From contig CBDCTJ010000007.1 in assembly GCA_965222115.1 (NCBI GenBank), forward strand, positions 2,720,001 through 2,784,000: a stretch of 64,000 bases of DNA. The letters run 5' to 3'. The notes under the pieces are model-generated. The model made no database searches and had not been told where the DNA came from. It saw nothing but the letters and a program-made list of their open reading frames with translations. The translations under genes and the position numbers were made by a program. Origin of the DNA: Planctomycetota bacterium (GTDB lineage: Bacteria; Planctomycetota; PLA2; JAEUHO01). Shown one piece after another: positions 47,183-57,046 of the stretch (position 1 is its first letter; every line of letters starts with the position of its first letter).

Positions 47183-48863
47183 GCACGTACGCGTCTCGTT
47201 AATCAGCGCCGCGGTTGGATCTTGCGCGCTACTCATCGCTGTGATGGCGTTGTACAGCCACGATGTCCACGCCGAAGAGTCTGACGGTGTCGCCCGTCTT
47301 GTCGATTCACTTAAAGACGCCAGTCACGAGGAAGCCATTTCGAAATTGGAAGAGGCGTTGGCCGAAGCGCACGACACGAAACGCGTAACGCAATTGCGAC
47401 GAGCGTTGGCGCAGCGGTTGGTTGCCGCTGACAAACTCGGGGACGCGGTGGCCATGTACGAAGCCCTCACGCGCGGTAGTGACTCCCATGAAGCCACAGC
47501 GAGCGATCTGATCGAGCTCGGTGCAGCACGTTTCGCGCTCGCACGGCATGAGGCCGGGCGGGGCGGTGTGAACGCTGTTGTCACGCCGCTTTTGATTGAC
47601 GCTGTGGACGCAACCAACGGCCTTTCCGTCAAGCCCGATTCGTCATTGAGTTCCGCGTTGCGGCGATCCCTTCTGACGTCGCGTGCTGGCGCCCTTCGTT
47701 GGCAGGGCAAACATAAAGAAGCGGCCAACTTGTTCCAAGCCGCCAATCCAAACTCCTTTGACGAGACGCATCGCAAGAGCTTGTGGGATCAGTGTGCGCG
47801 CGCCCACTACGGCGCCAAGAACTACAAAGAGGCCGCCAAGGCCTTTGCGCATGCTGGAAATCCACGGGGTGCCGCTGCCGCGTGGTCCGCCGCAAAGAAC
47901 CGCGAAGAGGCGCTGAAGGTCTACCGTTCACTGATGCAAGACGCCTTGTCGAGCCCGGACAACAAGGGTGCAGCGTCGTTTGCCACTGTCTCGGCCGAAG
48001 CATTTCGATCGTCCCGCTTCTTTCATGGATTCGCCGAACTGGATGCCATTGCCGAGGCCCTCAAGCCGGCAACCGAAACGCAGCGTGCACACGTTCTTGC
48101 ATTTCGCGCGTCCATTCGCGAGGCGCGGGGTGACGAGGCCTCCGCTATTGCCTTGTTACGAAAGTCACTGGCTGTGATTGAGAAGCGCGGTACGCCCGCC
48201 GAAGTTGCGCGCACGCGTGTCAATCTCGGTCGGTTGCTCGTCGCAGTCACCGGCGACGGTGCAGACGAGGCGCGTAAGCAAGCCGTGGATCATTTTCTTG
48301 CGGCCATTGACGAGCCGAGCACCAAGGCGGATGCCGTATACATTCTGGGGCAACTTGCCGGCATCTATGACCGTCGCATGTGGATGGATCCCGATGCGGT
48401 GGAGGCCTGTCTTCGCATTCAGCGTGCGTTGACAAAGGCCGCGCCTGAGAACGCGACGGTGTGGAGTAATCTTGGCAACTCACTGCGTCGCGCCGGACTT
48501 ACGAAGGACTCGCTGGAGGCCTACGAAAAGGCAGCGGCACTTGATGACGAAGATCCCGTACTGCGTAGTGACCATGGCCTCGCGCTGGCCGCGGCAGGCC
48601 AATTCGATGAAGCGTTACGCGCATTTGAAGCGTCGGTCGCCATCGACGAGAGCTACTTGGCTGGGTATCAGAACGCCGCCCGGCAACTCGTCTTACTGGG
48701 CAACGCGAACAATGCCCCCGTCAACAGTGCTCCCGTCAAAAGGGCCAGCGCCCACTTGGGCAGGGCGGTGCAGCTGGCGCGTCGCGAAGACCGCCGCCCC
48801 GGAACCTATCGCTTCCTTTGGGAGCAAGCCTGGAGAATTCAACGTCGTTCGGCGCTTCGCTAG
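47172..48863 (+). CDS. Secreted TPR-repeat protein
   Basis: VWSNLGNSLRRAG..DSLEAYEKAA and HGLALAAAGQFDEALRAFE; ATG 47172 with GGAGG RBS. Confidence 0.85.
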   Translation: MTARHVRVSLISAAVGSCALLIAVMALYSHDVHAEESDGVARLVDSLKDASHEEAISKLEEALAEAHDTKRVTQLRRALAQRLVAADKLGDAVAMYEALTRGSDSHEATASDLIELGAARFALARHEAGRGGVNAVVTPLLIDAVDATNGLSVKPDSSLSSALRRSLLTSRAGALRWQGKHKEAANLFQAANPNSFDETHRKSLWDQCARAHYGAKNYKEAAKAFAHAGNPRGAAAAWSAAKNREEALKVYRSLMQDALSSPDNKGAASFATVSAEAFRSSRFFHGFAELDAIAEALKPATETQRAHVLAFRASIREARGDEASAIALLRKSLAVIEKRGTPAEVARTRVNLGRLLVAVTGDGADEARKQAVDHFLAAIDEPSTKADAVYILGQLAGIYDRRMWMDPDAVEACLRIQRALTKAAPENATVWSNLGNSLRRAGLTKDSLEAYEKAAALDDEDPVLRSDHGLALAAAGQFDEALRAFEASVAIDESYLAGYQNAARQLVLLGNANNAPVNSAPVKRASAHLGRAVQLARREDRRPGTYRFLWEQAWRIQRRSALR

Positions 48864-49161
48864 AGACGCCGTGCGCACGCAACGTACGCCATAGAAACAT
48901 GTTAGGATGAATCGATGGACTGAGACGCGCCACCCGGCGTGCGCTGGTGAGGCATGGCGGCGCTCCCCGCCGTACACTCCTCGGCCTGCGCCTTCCGGCG
49001 TAGTCGTCCTGGTGAGGTCTTCTCGACGAGCGAGGCCTTCGCTAGGAGTTTCGGCTCGACGAGTCATTCCGGCACGCGATGCCGGCAGATGGCGCGGTCC
49101 TAGACAGCGAGCGAGATTGTTGGGTGTTCGTGCCCTGCAATCCCCAAGAGACGGAGACGCG

Positions 49162-50865
49162 ATGAAACTCGTTCCGATGAACAACAACCGCCATGGATAT
49201 GTGAGGGCTACAGGCGCGGCGCCGCGGGCCACGTTAATGATTGCCCTTGTCGCGCTTGGGATCGTGATGGTTGCGCCAATTGGTGCGCTCAACATCGCTG
49301 CCGCGAAGGGCGAAGACAAAAAGAAGACCGAACCCGCCTTTGTGAATGACCCCAGCGTCGATCTCATGAAGGACGTCGAGGCCAATCCAAAGCTGTACAA
49401 GAAACTCATAGAAGCGGCGCGAGACTACTTCGACGTCGATGAAGAAAAGTGGAAGTCGCGTCTGGCATTTATCGGCGCCTTGGAAATGCTCCAGGCACAA
49501 AAGAAGCGCGATCCACTATCGGACACCAAGTTCTTAAGCTGGCTCTGTGCTCAGTCGCGCGCATTCCACCCGCAAATGGCGGAAACCAAGTGGCGCAAGG
49601 GCCAAAATATTACGTCGTTCAAGAAACACTCGGGCACATCGTTTACCATCAAAACGCCCTCGTACTGGATGCACGTATCGCCGCCGAAGAACTACCCCAA
49701 GAAAAACAAAGAATTTGACGCCTTTCCGCGTGCGAAGCCATGGCCCACGTTGATTTCACTTCACGACAAGTCGGACTATTCGGGCAAAGAGTATCCGGGC
49801 ATGACGATGTTGAAAAAGCGCTGGCCCAAGGGCGAATTTGGGGAACTCTATCAGAAGTGGCTCGTGTGCGCCCCCATCACCGCGGCAGGTCAATTTGTTC
49901 GTTCGGGTCAGGTGGATCGAGGAAGTTTCGATAGTCCTTGGGCGATGGTGTTTCGCCACTATCACGTCGATTTCGACCATGTTGTTCTCGACGGTGTTGC
50001 GCCCATCGTTACGACCATTGCCGCGTCACGTGCGGTTTACTTGTCGGGCATCATTGTGCGTTCGGGCTTTCTCACGGACGACGACAAGGCAATTGTTCAA
50101 AACTATGCCCACACACCGGTTTATGTCGTGGACGACAAGAAGCTCGCAAAAACCATGCGTGAGGCGGGTCACAAGAACGTGACGGATGGCGATGGTAAGG
50201 ATCTGATGACATGGATGAGTGCGCTGCGTCGCAAACGGCCCACCACATTCACGTGGAACGCAAATACCGACGACAAGGTGCTGGCGCATTGGATCAGTAT
50301 CGCCAGCCTGGATCACCGCGCATCGGAAAAGACACTCGACGTTAAGGTAGACAACAACGACATCGACATTCGGGCGCGCGGCGTTACCGAAATTGCCCTC
50401 TTTCTTGACGATACACTTGTTGACTTGGACAAGCCGGTCAAAGTCACAATCAATGGGCATCTGGCTTACAAGAGTGCCGTCGTGGGCAAGCCCGACGACG
50501 ACCAGACCAAGCTAACCCGTCCCTTCGATCTTATCTTTGACCGCAAGCCGATTGAGTTGCGACAGAGTATGTATTTCGGATGGCTCATGCCCGGACGCAT
50601 CGTCGGTTTGGAAGTGCGTCCACCTGCGGATGCCACCACGGATAAGAAGAAGCCCGACGATAACGCCTCGTCCGTTGAACCCAAGAAGTTCGAAGCGTCC
50701 GAGAAAGAAGAGAATGACGCGAAGCGTTACTTCACCAAGGCGCAAGAAGCGCACAAATCGGGCGACAAGGGGAAGGCGTCGCGACTGCTCAAGAAGGTCT
50801 TGGGGCTGCCCCACAACCGTCAGAGCGTAGCGGCAAAGAAATTGTTGGCCGAGATCGAGGGATAA
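49162..50865 (+). CDS. Secreted protein with degenerate alpha/beta-hydrolase-like core
   Basis: WPTLISLH, LVCAP, YHVDFDHVVLDG and FLDDTLVDLDKPVKVTING resemble esterase/peptidase-like proteins, but there is no GxSxG. Confidence 0.6.
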   Translation: MKLVPMNNNRHGYVRATGAAPRATLMIALVALGIVMVAPIGALNIAAAKGEDKKKTEPAFVNDPSVDLMKDVEANPKLYKKLIEAARDYFDVDEEKWKSRLAFIGALEMLQAQKKRDPLSDTKFLSWLCAQSRAFHPQMAETKWRKGQNITSFKKHSGTSFTIKTPSYWMHVSPPKNYPKKNKEFDAFPRAKPWPTLISLHDKSDYSGKEYPGMTMLKKRWPKGEFGELYQKWLVCAPITAAGQFVRSGQVDRGSFDSPWAMVFRHYHVDFDHVVLDGVAPIVTTIAASRAVYLSGIIVRSGFLTDDDKAIVQNYAHTPVYVVDDKKLAKTMREAGHKNVTDGDGKDLMTWMSALRRKRPTTFTWNANTDDKVLAHWISIASLDHRASEKTLDVKVDNNDIDIRARGVTEIALFLDDTLVDLDKPVKVTINGHLAYKSAVVGKPDDDQTKLTRPFDLIFDRKPIELRQSMYFGWLMPGRIVGLEVRPPADATTDKKKPDDNASSVEPKKFEASEKEENDAKRYFTKAQEAHKSGDKGKASRLLKKVLGLPHNRQSVAAKKLLAEIEG

Positions 50866-50919
50866 GTCGGTCTCGGTTCTCTCGTAGTTGCTCGTGTCTC
50901 ACATTGAGGAATAGAACAC

Positions 50920-53211
50920 ATGAGGCTTTTCCGCGGCGCTGTCGCGTTCGTCGCGGGATTTGTCATTGTCGCGCTTGAGTTCGCCGCGATCCGTCTCATG
51001 GCACCTCAATTTGGCCAATCCACATGGATATGGGCCAATGTGATCGGTGTCATTTTGGCGGCGTTGGTTGTGGGGTATCGGCTCGGGGGACGAACGGGTC
51101 TCTCGAGTTCAAGTTTCAAGCCTCTTACGCTGTATTACGTTGTGGCGTCGTGCTGGATTGTTGGCGCGGTGCTCTGGGGTCCCTCGTTCATGGCGGGCAT
51201 GATGCCGTCGGGCGTGTTTCCCGATCGCACCCTTCCACTAGCATTCTGGCCAAGCCTTGCGACCACCGTCTTGCTATTTGCACCTCCTGTGGTGTTGGCC
51301 GCGACGACAAGCCCCATTCTCGTGCAACGCGACGCACGTCGTGGCGCCGAGGGATCGAGTGCGGGCTGGATCTATGCCATCGGTACATTGGGAAGTCTTG
51401 CGGGGTGTTACGCGGCGCCCATCTACATGTTGCCTTGGTGGGGGACGCGCCTCACGTGTTTTGTGTTGGCCGGCTTGCTATTCGTCCTCGGCCTCGTGCT
51501 CTATTTCGTACCGACGAAATCGACTGATGCGTCGTCCCGCGCAACACCGGTTTCCGGATCCCAGAAGGCACCTAGACGATTGTTCTTGGTGGCGCTCGCC
51601 ATGGGACTCGCCATTACCGTGATCGAGTTTGCGGCAATCCGCATGATGTCGCCCTGGGTCGGTCAATCCAACCTTGTGTGGGCAAATGTGATTGGTGTGT
51701 GCTTGCTCTCGATTGCCATTGGGAGTCACTTGGGGGGTCGCTTCATCGACGCCCGTCCTCAATCGCTGCCGTTTGCACGTATTCTCGCGATAGCCGCTGG
51801 TTGGCTTCTCTTGGCATTGGCACTCACGCCTATCGTTATGGAGTGGTTGGTTCCCGTAACGCTGTCCAATGCCTACGTGCTTGGTGTGTCCTTGTGGGGA
51901 AGTCTTGCGGCCACCCTCTTGCTCTTTGCTCCGCCATTGACCGTGGCGGGCATGGCGGTTCCAGTGGTGATTCGTTTGGCCTCTCCGCAGGGACGCGCGG
52001 GCGCGGTAGCGGGTCGCGTATTCGCGTGGAATACCGTGGGGGGGCTGATCGGATGCGTCATCTCGGCATCGCTCTTGGTTCCGGCCATTGGCTCGCGTGC
52101 GACCATCGCGCTCTCGGCCGTATTGCTGACACTGTGTGCATGGTCGCTTGGTACGCGACCCATCGGGGAGACGACGGCAAAGCAGACACCGCGTGGAAAA
52201 GCCATGACGTTTGGCGGCGCCCTCGCGCTATCGGTGGCGGCATTGTTGACCCTCGCCATCTGGCGCCCGGCCCTACTCCACGACAAAGGACAACTCGCGG
52301 AAGTGGAATCCGCGTACCAAACGATTCGTGCTGCGGAACAAATGCAGGTGGCCGTGTATCCCGCCAAGCCGCCGTCGGAGTGGCAACCCACGAATCAGAT
52401 TCCCATGCGCTTCTTACGCCACGACGAGGATCATGAGACGTATCAGAGTGCATGGCTCAAAGACAAGCACGCCACACAACTCACCGGAGGGCGGTACTTC
52501 GAACATATGGCGATTGGCGCCCAGTTCTATCGCGCGCAGCGTAAAGACAAGCGGCTTGACGTATTGATCATCGGCCACGCGGGCGGCACTGTGTACCGCG
52601 TGCTGCGAGACACAGTGCCCAAGGAACGCGACTTGCACTGCATCGCCGTGGAGCTTGATCCGGAAGTCGTGAACGTCGCGCGTGCATACTTGGATCACAA
52701 AACCCTTGAAGACGAACGACTTACGCTCATTACGGGGGAAGATGGGCGCACCGTGGTCAACGCGCTTCCCGACGACCGGCGTTTTGATTTGATTCTGGTG
52801 GATGCCTATACCCGAACCAACTACGTTCCTTTTCAACTGGCCAGCCGTGAGTTTTTCGCACACGTTCAGGGCCATCTCAAACCGGGTGGTTGGCTGGGAC
52901 TCAATGTGCTGGGTGGGGGAGCGAAGAGTCCGGTAGCGCGCGCGGTGTCGGCTACGGCCAATGATGTCTTGGGCAGTGCGTTTCTGACGCCCAATCCCTC
53001 GTTTCCAGGCAATGTCATTATCTGGGCATCACCCAACGCGCCACGTGGGCCGCGCGTGGACGGCGGCGCCACACTTCATCCCCAACTTCGCACCGCGGTA
53101 TTTGCCCTTGAACGTCTCACGTGGCGCTTTCGGTCACGCGAAAACGAACTCCTATTGACTGACGATCGTTCGCCCGCCGAACAGATCGCCGACGAGGAGT
53201 TTGGACTGTGA
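50920..53211 (+). CDS. Fused MFS-like/spermidine synthase protein
   Basis: Two similar multi-TM modules then a SAM-binding domain (LIIGHAGG, AVELDPEV, EDGR, LILVDAY, LKPGG, LLTDDRSP). Confidence 0.88.
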   Translation: MRLFRGAVAFVAGFVIVALEFAAIRLMAPQFGQSTWIWANVIGVILAALVVGYRLGGRTGLSSSSFKPLTLYYVVASCWIVGAVLWGPSFMAGMMPSGVFPDRTLPLAFWPSLATTVLLFAPPVVLAATTSPILVQRDARRGAEGSSAGWIYAIGTLGSLAGCYAAPIYMLPWWGTRLTCFVLAGLLFVLGLVLYFVPTKSTDASSRATPVSGSQKAPRRLFLVALAMGLAITVIEFAAIRMMSPWVGQSNLVWANVIGVCLLSIAIGSHLGGRFIDARPQSLPFARILAIAAGWLLLALALTPIVMEWLVPVTLSNAYVLGVSLWGSLAATLLLFAPPLTVAGMAVPVVIRLASPQGRAGAVAGRVFAWNTVGGLIGCVISASLLVPAIGSRATIALSAVLLTLCAWSLGTRPIGETTAKQTPRGKAMTFGGALALSVAALLTLAIWRPALLHDKGQLAEVESAYQTIRAAEQMQVAVYPAKPPSEWQPTNQIPMRFLRHDEDHETYQSAWLKDKHATQLTGGRYFEHMAIGAQFYRAQRKDKRLDVLIIGHAGGTVYRVLRDTVPKERDLHCIAVELDPEVVNVARAYLDHKTLEDERLTLITGEDGRTVVNALPDDRRFDLILVDAYTRTNYVPFQLASREFFAHVQGHLKPGGWLGLNVLGGGAKSPVARAVSATANDVLGSAFLTPNPSFPGNVIIWASPNAPRGPRVDGGATLHPQLRTAVFALERLTWRFRSRENELLLTDDRSPAEQIADEEFGL

Positions 53212-53870
53212 TCCGTTTCGGACGAATGCTTGCATGGATCTGTGCCGTGGGGGCCTGTCTACTTGGTTCCTTGCCCGCGGCAAATGCCAATGAAGCCACC
53301 GAGGCGATCGAAATCGCGTACGTTGAGGGGCGCTTTGACGACGTCGATTTCGCGTCGGCTTCATTACCGCCGAAAACGCTTCGCTATCTCAGGGCCTTGC
53401 GCGACTTTGCGTGGCGACCCTCCCATCAGCGTGCGATCGATGTCCAAGCGCTGGATTCTTCGCTGCAGGTGGAGGCGTGGTTGAGCGATTCCACGCGAAT
53501 CGATTCGCCCTTCACTGAGGATGAACCCGATCCGGCGCCCACAGCCACGATCTTGCTTCAGGACCGGCGCGTTCGCGAGAGCGCTAGCGAAACTCCCCAG
53601 AAGCGAAGCGCATCGTTGCTCCACAGTTGGCGGGTGAACGCGCCTCGGCTCGGCCGGGCAATCGATATGAGTCTGATCAAGTACGACGCCATTTACGGGC
53701 CCCAGCCAACCATCGAAAGCGTGGAGCAGGCCAAGGCCCACGCACATGCCGCGCGAAACAAGGCGCGCTGGGTGGCACTGATTGCTCTGGCTGCCCTGAT
53801 TCTCACTGTGCTACTGATTTCGAGGCGCTTGCTCAAACCGGGCGATGAATGTGCCTCGGCTGCCCTCTAA
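53208..53870 (+). CDS. Hypothetical protein with signal peptide and C-terminal TM
   Basis: GTGA overlap with the previous gene; hydrophobic ends. Confidence 0.65.
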   Translation: MIRFGRMLAWICAVGACLLGSLPAANANEATEAIEIAYVEGRFDDVDFASASLPPKTLRYLRALRDFAWRPSHQRAIDVQALDSSLQVEAWLSDSTRIDSPFTEDEPDPAPTATILLQDRRVRESASETPQKRSASLLHSWRVNAPRLGRAIDMSLIKYDAIYGPQPTIESVEQAKAHAHAARNKARWVALIALAALILTVLLISRRLLKPGDECASAAL

Positions 53871-54080
53871 GCCCTAGAAACTCGGCCAGCGAGCTTAAGT
53901 ACGTGGACGGGCGCCTCTATGACCCCCACACCAACAACACAACATAATATAGATTATCAGACGTTAGAAATGTGGTGAGAAGACCCCGAATCGTCGGCTT
54001 CCCGTACCCTCTCTAGGTTGCACGTTTCCTGTTTGAATCGAGCTGTCAATGATGAGTAGTCGAGTGGAGAGTATTCGTTC

Positions 54081-54572
54081 GTGACGTCAACTGAACCCAG
54101 CCGCAGCGACGCAGGTGTGCGTCTTGACCGGATTCGTGCCATTGTGCTCGATGGCGCTATGAATCAGGCCGAAGCCACCATGACCGCTTTACGCAAGCGA
54201 TTGGATGCGGTTGATGACGACGCCAACTCGCGGCTAGAGCAACTCAGGGCGACACTCGATCGGCATAGAGAACTCGGTATGGCCGAGGCTCGACAGCACG
54301 CTCGCGAGGCGGCCGACGCGGTGACGGAGGAAGTTCGCGCGCTCCGGGGCGACATGATTCGAAAGCAGACCATCCTTGAAGAGGAAATTGCAGAACTCAA
54401 GAATGCCGTGGAACACCTGCGGATGCGCACCGAAGGGTTGGATGACTTTGAGGCACTGATGACCCGTCGCATTCGTGAACTTGCGGCTGCCGACGGGGCA
54501 TTCATGACGAGCGCTGATGTTCAAGCGCTCATTGCTGAGCTGATGGCACGGCGCAAGAAGCGGCGGTGGTAA
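54081..54572 (+). CDS. Coiled-coil hypothetical protein
   Basis: GGAG RBS; LDRIRAIVL then heptad-like helical sequence; first gene of the GTPase operon. Confidence 0.7.
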   Translation: MTSTEPSRSDAGVRLDRIRAIVLDGAMNQAEATMTALRKRLDAVDDDANSRLEQLRATLDRHRELGMAEARQHAREAADAVTEEVRALRGDMIRKQTILEEEIAELKNAVEHLRMRTEGLDDFEALMTRRIRELAAADGAFMTSADVQALIAELMARRKKRRW

Positions 54573-56549
54573 TTGGTTCCCGACAAACACACCACCGCAG
54601 AAGTTCCCACGGAGTTGCCCGCGGACGCTTCGCGGCATGCATCGAATCGTGAACTCGACGACGCCGCAAGGGACGTCGCGACGCCGAGACGCTCCACGCC
54701 CCCACTACGTGTTGAAGTCCATCAACTCGAAGCCTTACGAGAACTGTTGCTCGAAGAAGAACAGTTGGATATTGAAGCGCTTCAACGGCGACTCGACGAC
54801 GTGACGGTGCGTGCCGAAGAGATGGCCACCGCGCTCCCTGCGGCTTTTTCGTTGGGCGCCAAGGAACGCTTGGCGGCAGCCATGATGCCCACGGTTGAGT
54901 CCGCGCTGCATGAGTCTGCCAACCGCAATCCACACGCATTGGCCGACGCCATTTTCCCGGTCATGGGTCCCGCTATTCGTCGCGCCATTCGGGATGCCAT
55001 TGGCTCACTGGTGGAGAATGTCAATACCACGATTGAGTCACGCTTTACGGCCCGTGGACTCAGGTGGCGCCTCGAAGCCAAGCGAAGTGGCCGCACCTAT
55101 GCCGAGGTCGCACTCGCCCACAGCCTGCTCTATCACGTGGAGGAGGTCTACCTCATTCACAAGGAGACCGGACTGCTTCTGTTGCACGTTCAAGAGGGAT
55201 CGGCCACTCAAAACGATGCCGATCTTGTCTCCGGTATGCTCACGGCTATTCAGGATTTCGTGCGCGATAGCTTTCATATGGACGACGGGGATGTACTGGA
55301 ACAGTTTCAGGTCGGTGACGTGACGGTCTTGGTCGAACAAGGGCCGTCAGCCGTGTTGGCCGCCGTGGTACGTGGGACGGCACCGCCCACCGTGAGGCCG
55401 TTGATGCAGAAAGCGCTTGAGGACATTCACGGACGGCACGCGCGTGTGCTGAAGTCCTTTGATGGCGACGCCTCCATCTTGATGGGTGAACGGAAGACCC
55501 TTGAGGCCTGCCTCGTTCGTCGCGACAAGGCCGACAGGCGCAAGCGCACACAGCGCTTTGGACCTTTTGGATTCCTGGCTTCTATTTTGCTCTTGTCGCT
55601 GCTGATCTATGGCGGCTATGCGCTGATTGGCAATCACATTCGAACGCGGGATTTGCGACAGCGTTTCTCCGCGCTCACGGAGCGCATCGAGTCCGAGCCG
55701 GGATTGTCGGTTGCGTGGGAACGGGAGTACGACGGTCGTTTTACGCTTCTTGGCCTCAGGGACCCCAACGCACGGGATCCCGCAACGCTCATCCAAGAGA
55801 CGCTTCACGAGGGCGATCCCGTGGCCATTCGATGGATTCCAACAACGGCCAGCGAACCTGCGATCCTTGAGCGGCGCTGGCGGAGGCACCTGTCGCCCCC
55901 ACCCACTGTCACCTTCGATATGCAGTCAGATGGCCCCCGCCTGCACGGCGTGGCGCCGCGCACGTGGCTTCGCCGCGCTCGACTTGTTTCCTCGGTGGTA
56001 CCGGGGCTGTCACAGATTGAAATGCGCGACGTGCTGGCGAGTGAGGATGCGTATTGTCACGACACCATCCGATCGATTCAAGCGGTGCGGTTGCGTCTTG
56101 ATCCAGCACCGGGTAGCGCTGTTTCGGATGCCGCCCTTGACCGACTTCGCAATCAGGTAATGAAACCCATTCAGCGCATCCTCGACCATCCGTCCAAGAA
56201 GCGCCGTGTAACAGTCATCGTGCGGTCAGCGGGCCAATCGTCCGAAGCGCTTTCTTTGGCCGGTTCCGGCATCGGGCGCATCGTGACGTATCTGCGGAAG
56301 TCGTTTTCCGATAGGTCGGCGACGATTCACATTGAAGCGAAACAACCCCAACGTTTTGCGCGCGGAGACGTTGGGCTTGCCGATGCCCCCACCTCGTCAG
56401 ACAATACGCGTGTGCGCTTGGCTCCGGTCGAGCCCGAAGATGCTGCGCCTGCGGTGATGTTTGACATTGAGATGTCACCCGCGACGTCACCCGCGACGTC
56501 ACCCGCGACGTCACCCACAATGCGCGAGCGCGACTCGACCGGAGATTGA
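54573..56549 (+). CDS. Membrane protein of small-GTPase operon (cytoplasmic longin/roadblock-like region, TM, degenerate OmpA-like region)
   Basis: LADAIFPVMGPAIR, VEEVYLIHKETGLLL, DLVSGMLTAIQDFVRDSF, TM at FGFLASILLLSLLIYGG, GLRDP; no intact OmpA motif seen. Confidence 0.75.
   Translation: MVPDKHTTAEVPTELPADASRHASNRELDDAARDVATPRRSTPPLRVEVHQLEALRELLLEEEQLDIEALQRRLDDVTVRAEEMATALPAAFSLGAKERLAAAMMPTVESALHESANRNPHALADAIFPVMGPAIRRAIRDAIGSLVENVNTTIESRFTARGLRWRLEAKRSGRTYAEVALAHSLLYHVEEVYLIHKETGLLLLHVQEGSATQNDADLVSGMLTAIQDFVRDSFHMDDGDVLEQFQVGDVTVLVEQGPSAVLAAVVRGTAPPTVRPLMQKALEDIHGRHARVLKSFDGDASILMGERKTLEACLVRRDKADRRKRTQRFGPFGFLASILLLSLLIYGGYALIGNHIRTRDLRQRFSALTERIESEPGLSVAWEREYDGRFTLLGLRDPNARDPATLIQETLHEGDPVAIRWIPTTASEPAILERRWRRHLSPPPTVTFDMQSDGPRLHGVAPRTWLRRARLVSSVVPGLSQIEMRDVLASEDAYCHDTIRSIQAVRLRLDPAPGSAVSDAALDRLRNQVMKPIQRILDHPSKKRRVTVIVRSAGQSSEALSLAGSGIGRIVTYLRKSFSDRSATIHIEAKQPQRFARGDVGLADAPTSSDNTRVRLAPVEPEDAAPAVMFDIEMSPATSPATSPATSPTMRERDSTGD
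56474..56516 (+). repeat. 12-bp coding tandem repeat GTCACCCGCGAC x3.5 (SPAT)
   Basis: Read directly; encodes SPATSPATSPATSP. Confidence 0.85.
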
Positions 56550-57046
56550 GAACCGTGATTCAAAAGAAAATTTGCATGGTCGGCTCCTTCGCCGTGGGCA
56601 AGTCGAGTCTGGTGGCTCGATATGTTCAAAATAAGTTTTCCGAGAAGTACCAAACCACCGTGGGCGTGAAGATCGATCGCAAAGAGATTGATATTGACGG
56701 CGTCCCGGTACGACTGATTTTGTGGGACCTTCACGGCGAAGATGATTTTCAAAAGGTGCGCGCCACGTACCTGCGAGGCTCATCCGGCATTCTGCTGGTC
56801 GCCGACGGAACGCGCCCCGAAACCATGGCAGTGGCCCGTCGCCTAAAAGACACCGCCACGGAGGCCGTCGGAGAAATTCCTTTCGTTCTACTTGTCAATA
56901 AGTGTGATCTCACCACCGAATGGGCCGTGGACGATGCCGCCGCGAGCACCGAGTTCGCCTGCCCCGTGCTTCGCACAAGCGCCAAGACCGGCGAGAGCGT
57001 CGAAGATGCCTTCATGATGCTCACACGAGAAATGGTGCAACGTTGA
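56546..57046 (+). CDS. Rab-like small GTPase (Ras superfamily, Rup-like)
   Basis: G1 GSFAVGKS, G2 TTVG, G3 WDLHGE, G4 NKCD, G5 TSAK. Confidence 0.93.
   Translation: MRTVIQKKICMVGSFAVGKSSLVARYVQNKFSEKYQTTVGVKIDRKEIDIDGVPVRLILWDLHGEDDFQKVRATYLRGSSGILLVADGTRPETMAVARRLKDTATEAVGEIPFVLLVNKCDLTTEWAVDDAAASTEFACPVLRTSAKTGESVEDAFMMLTREMVQR

Noticed and set aside
48864-49161. Possible structured ncRNA in a 300-bp intergenic region
   Set aside because: Only short GC-rich stems, single copy, no recognisable family motif; an Rfam search would be needed.
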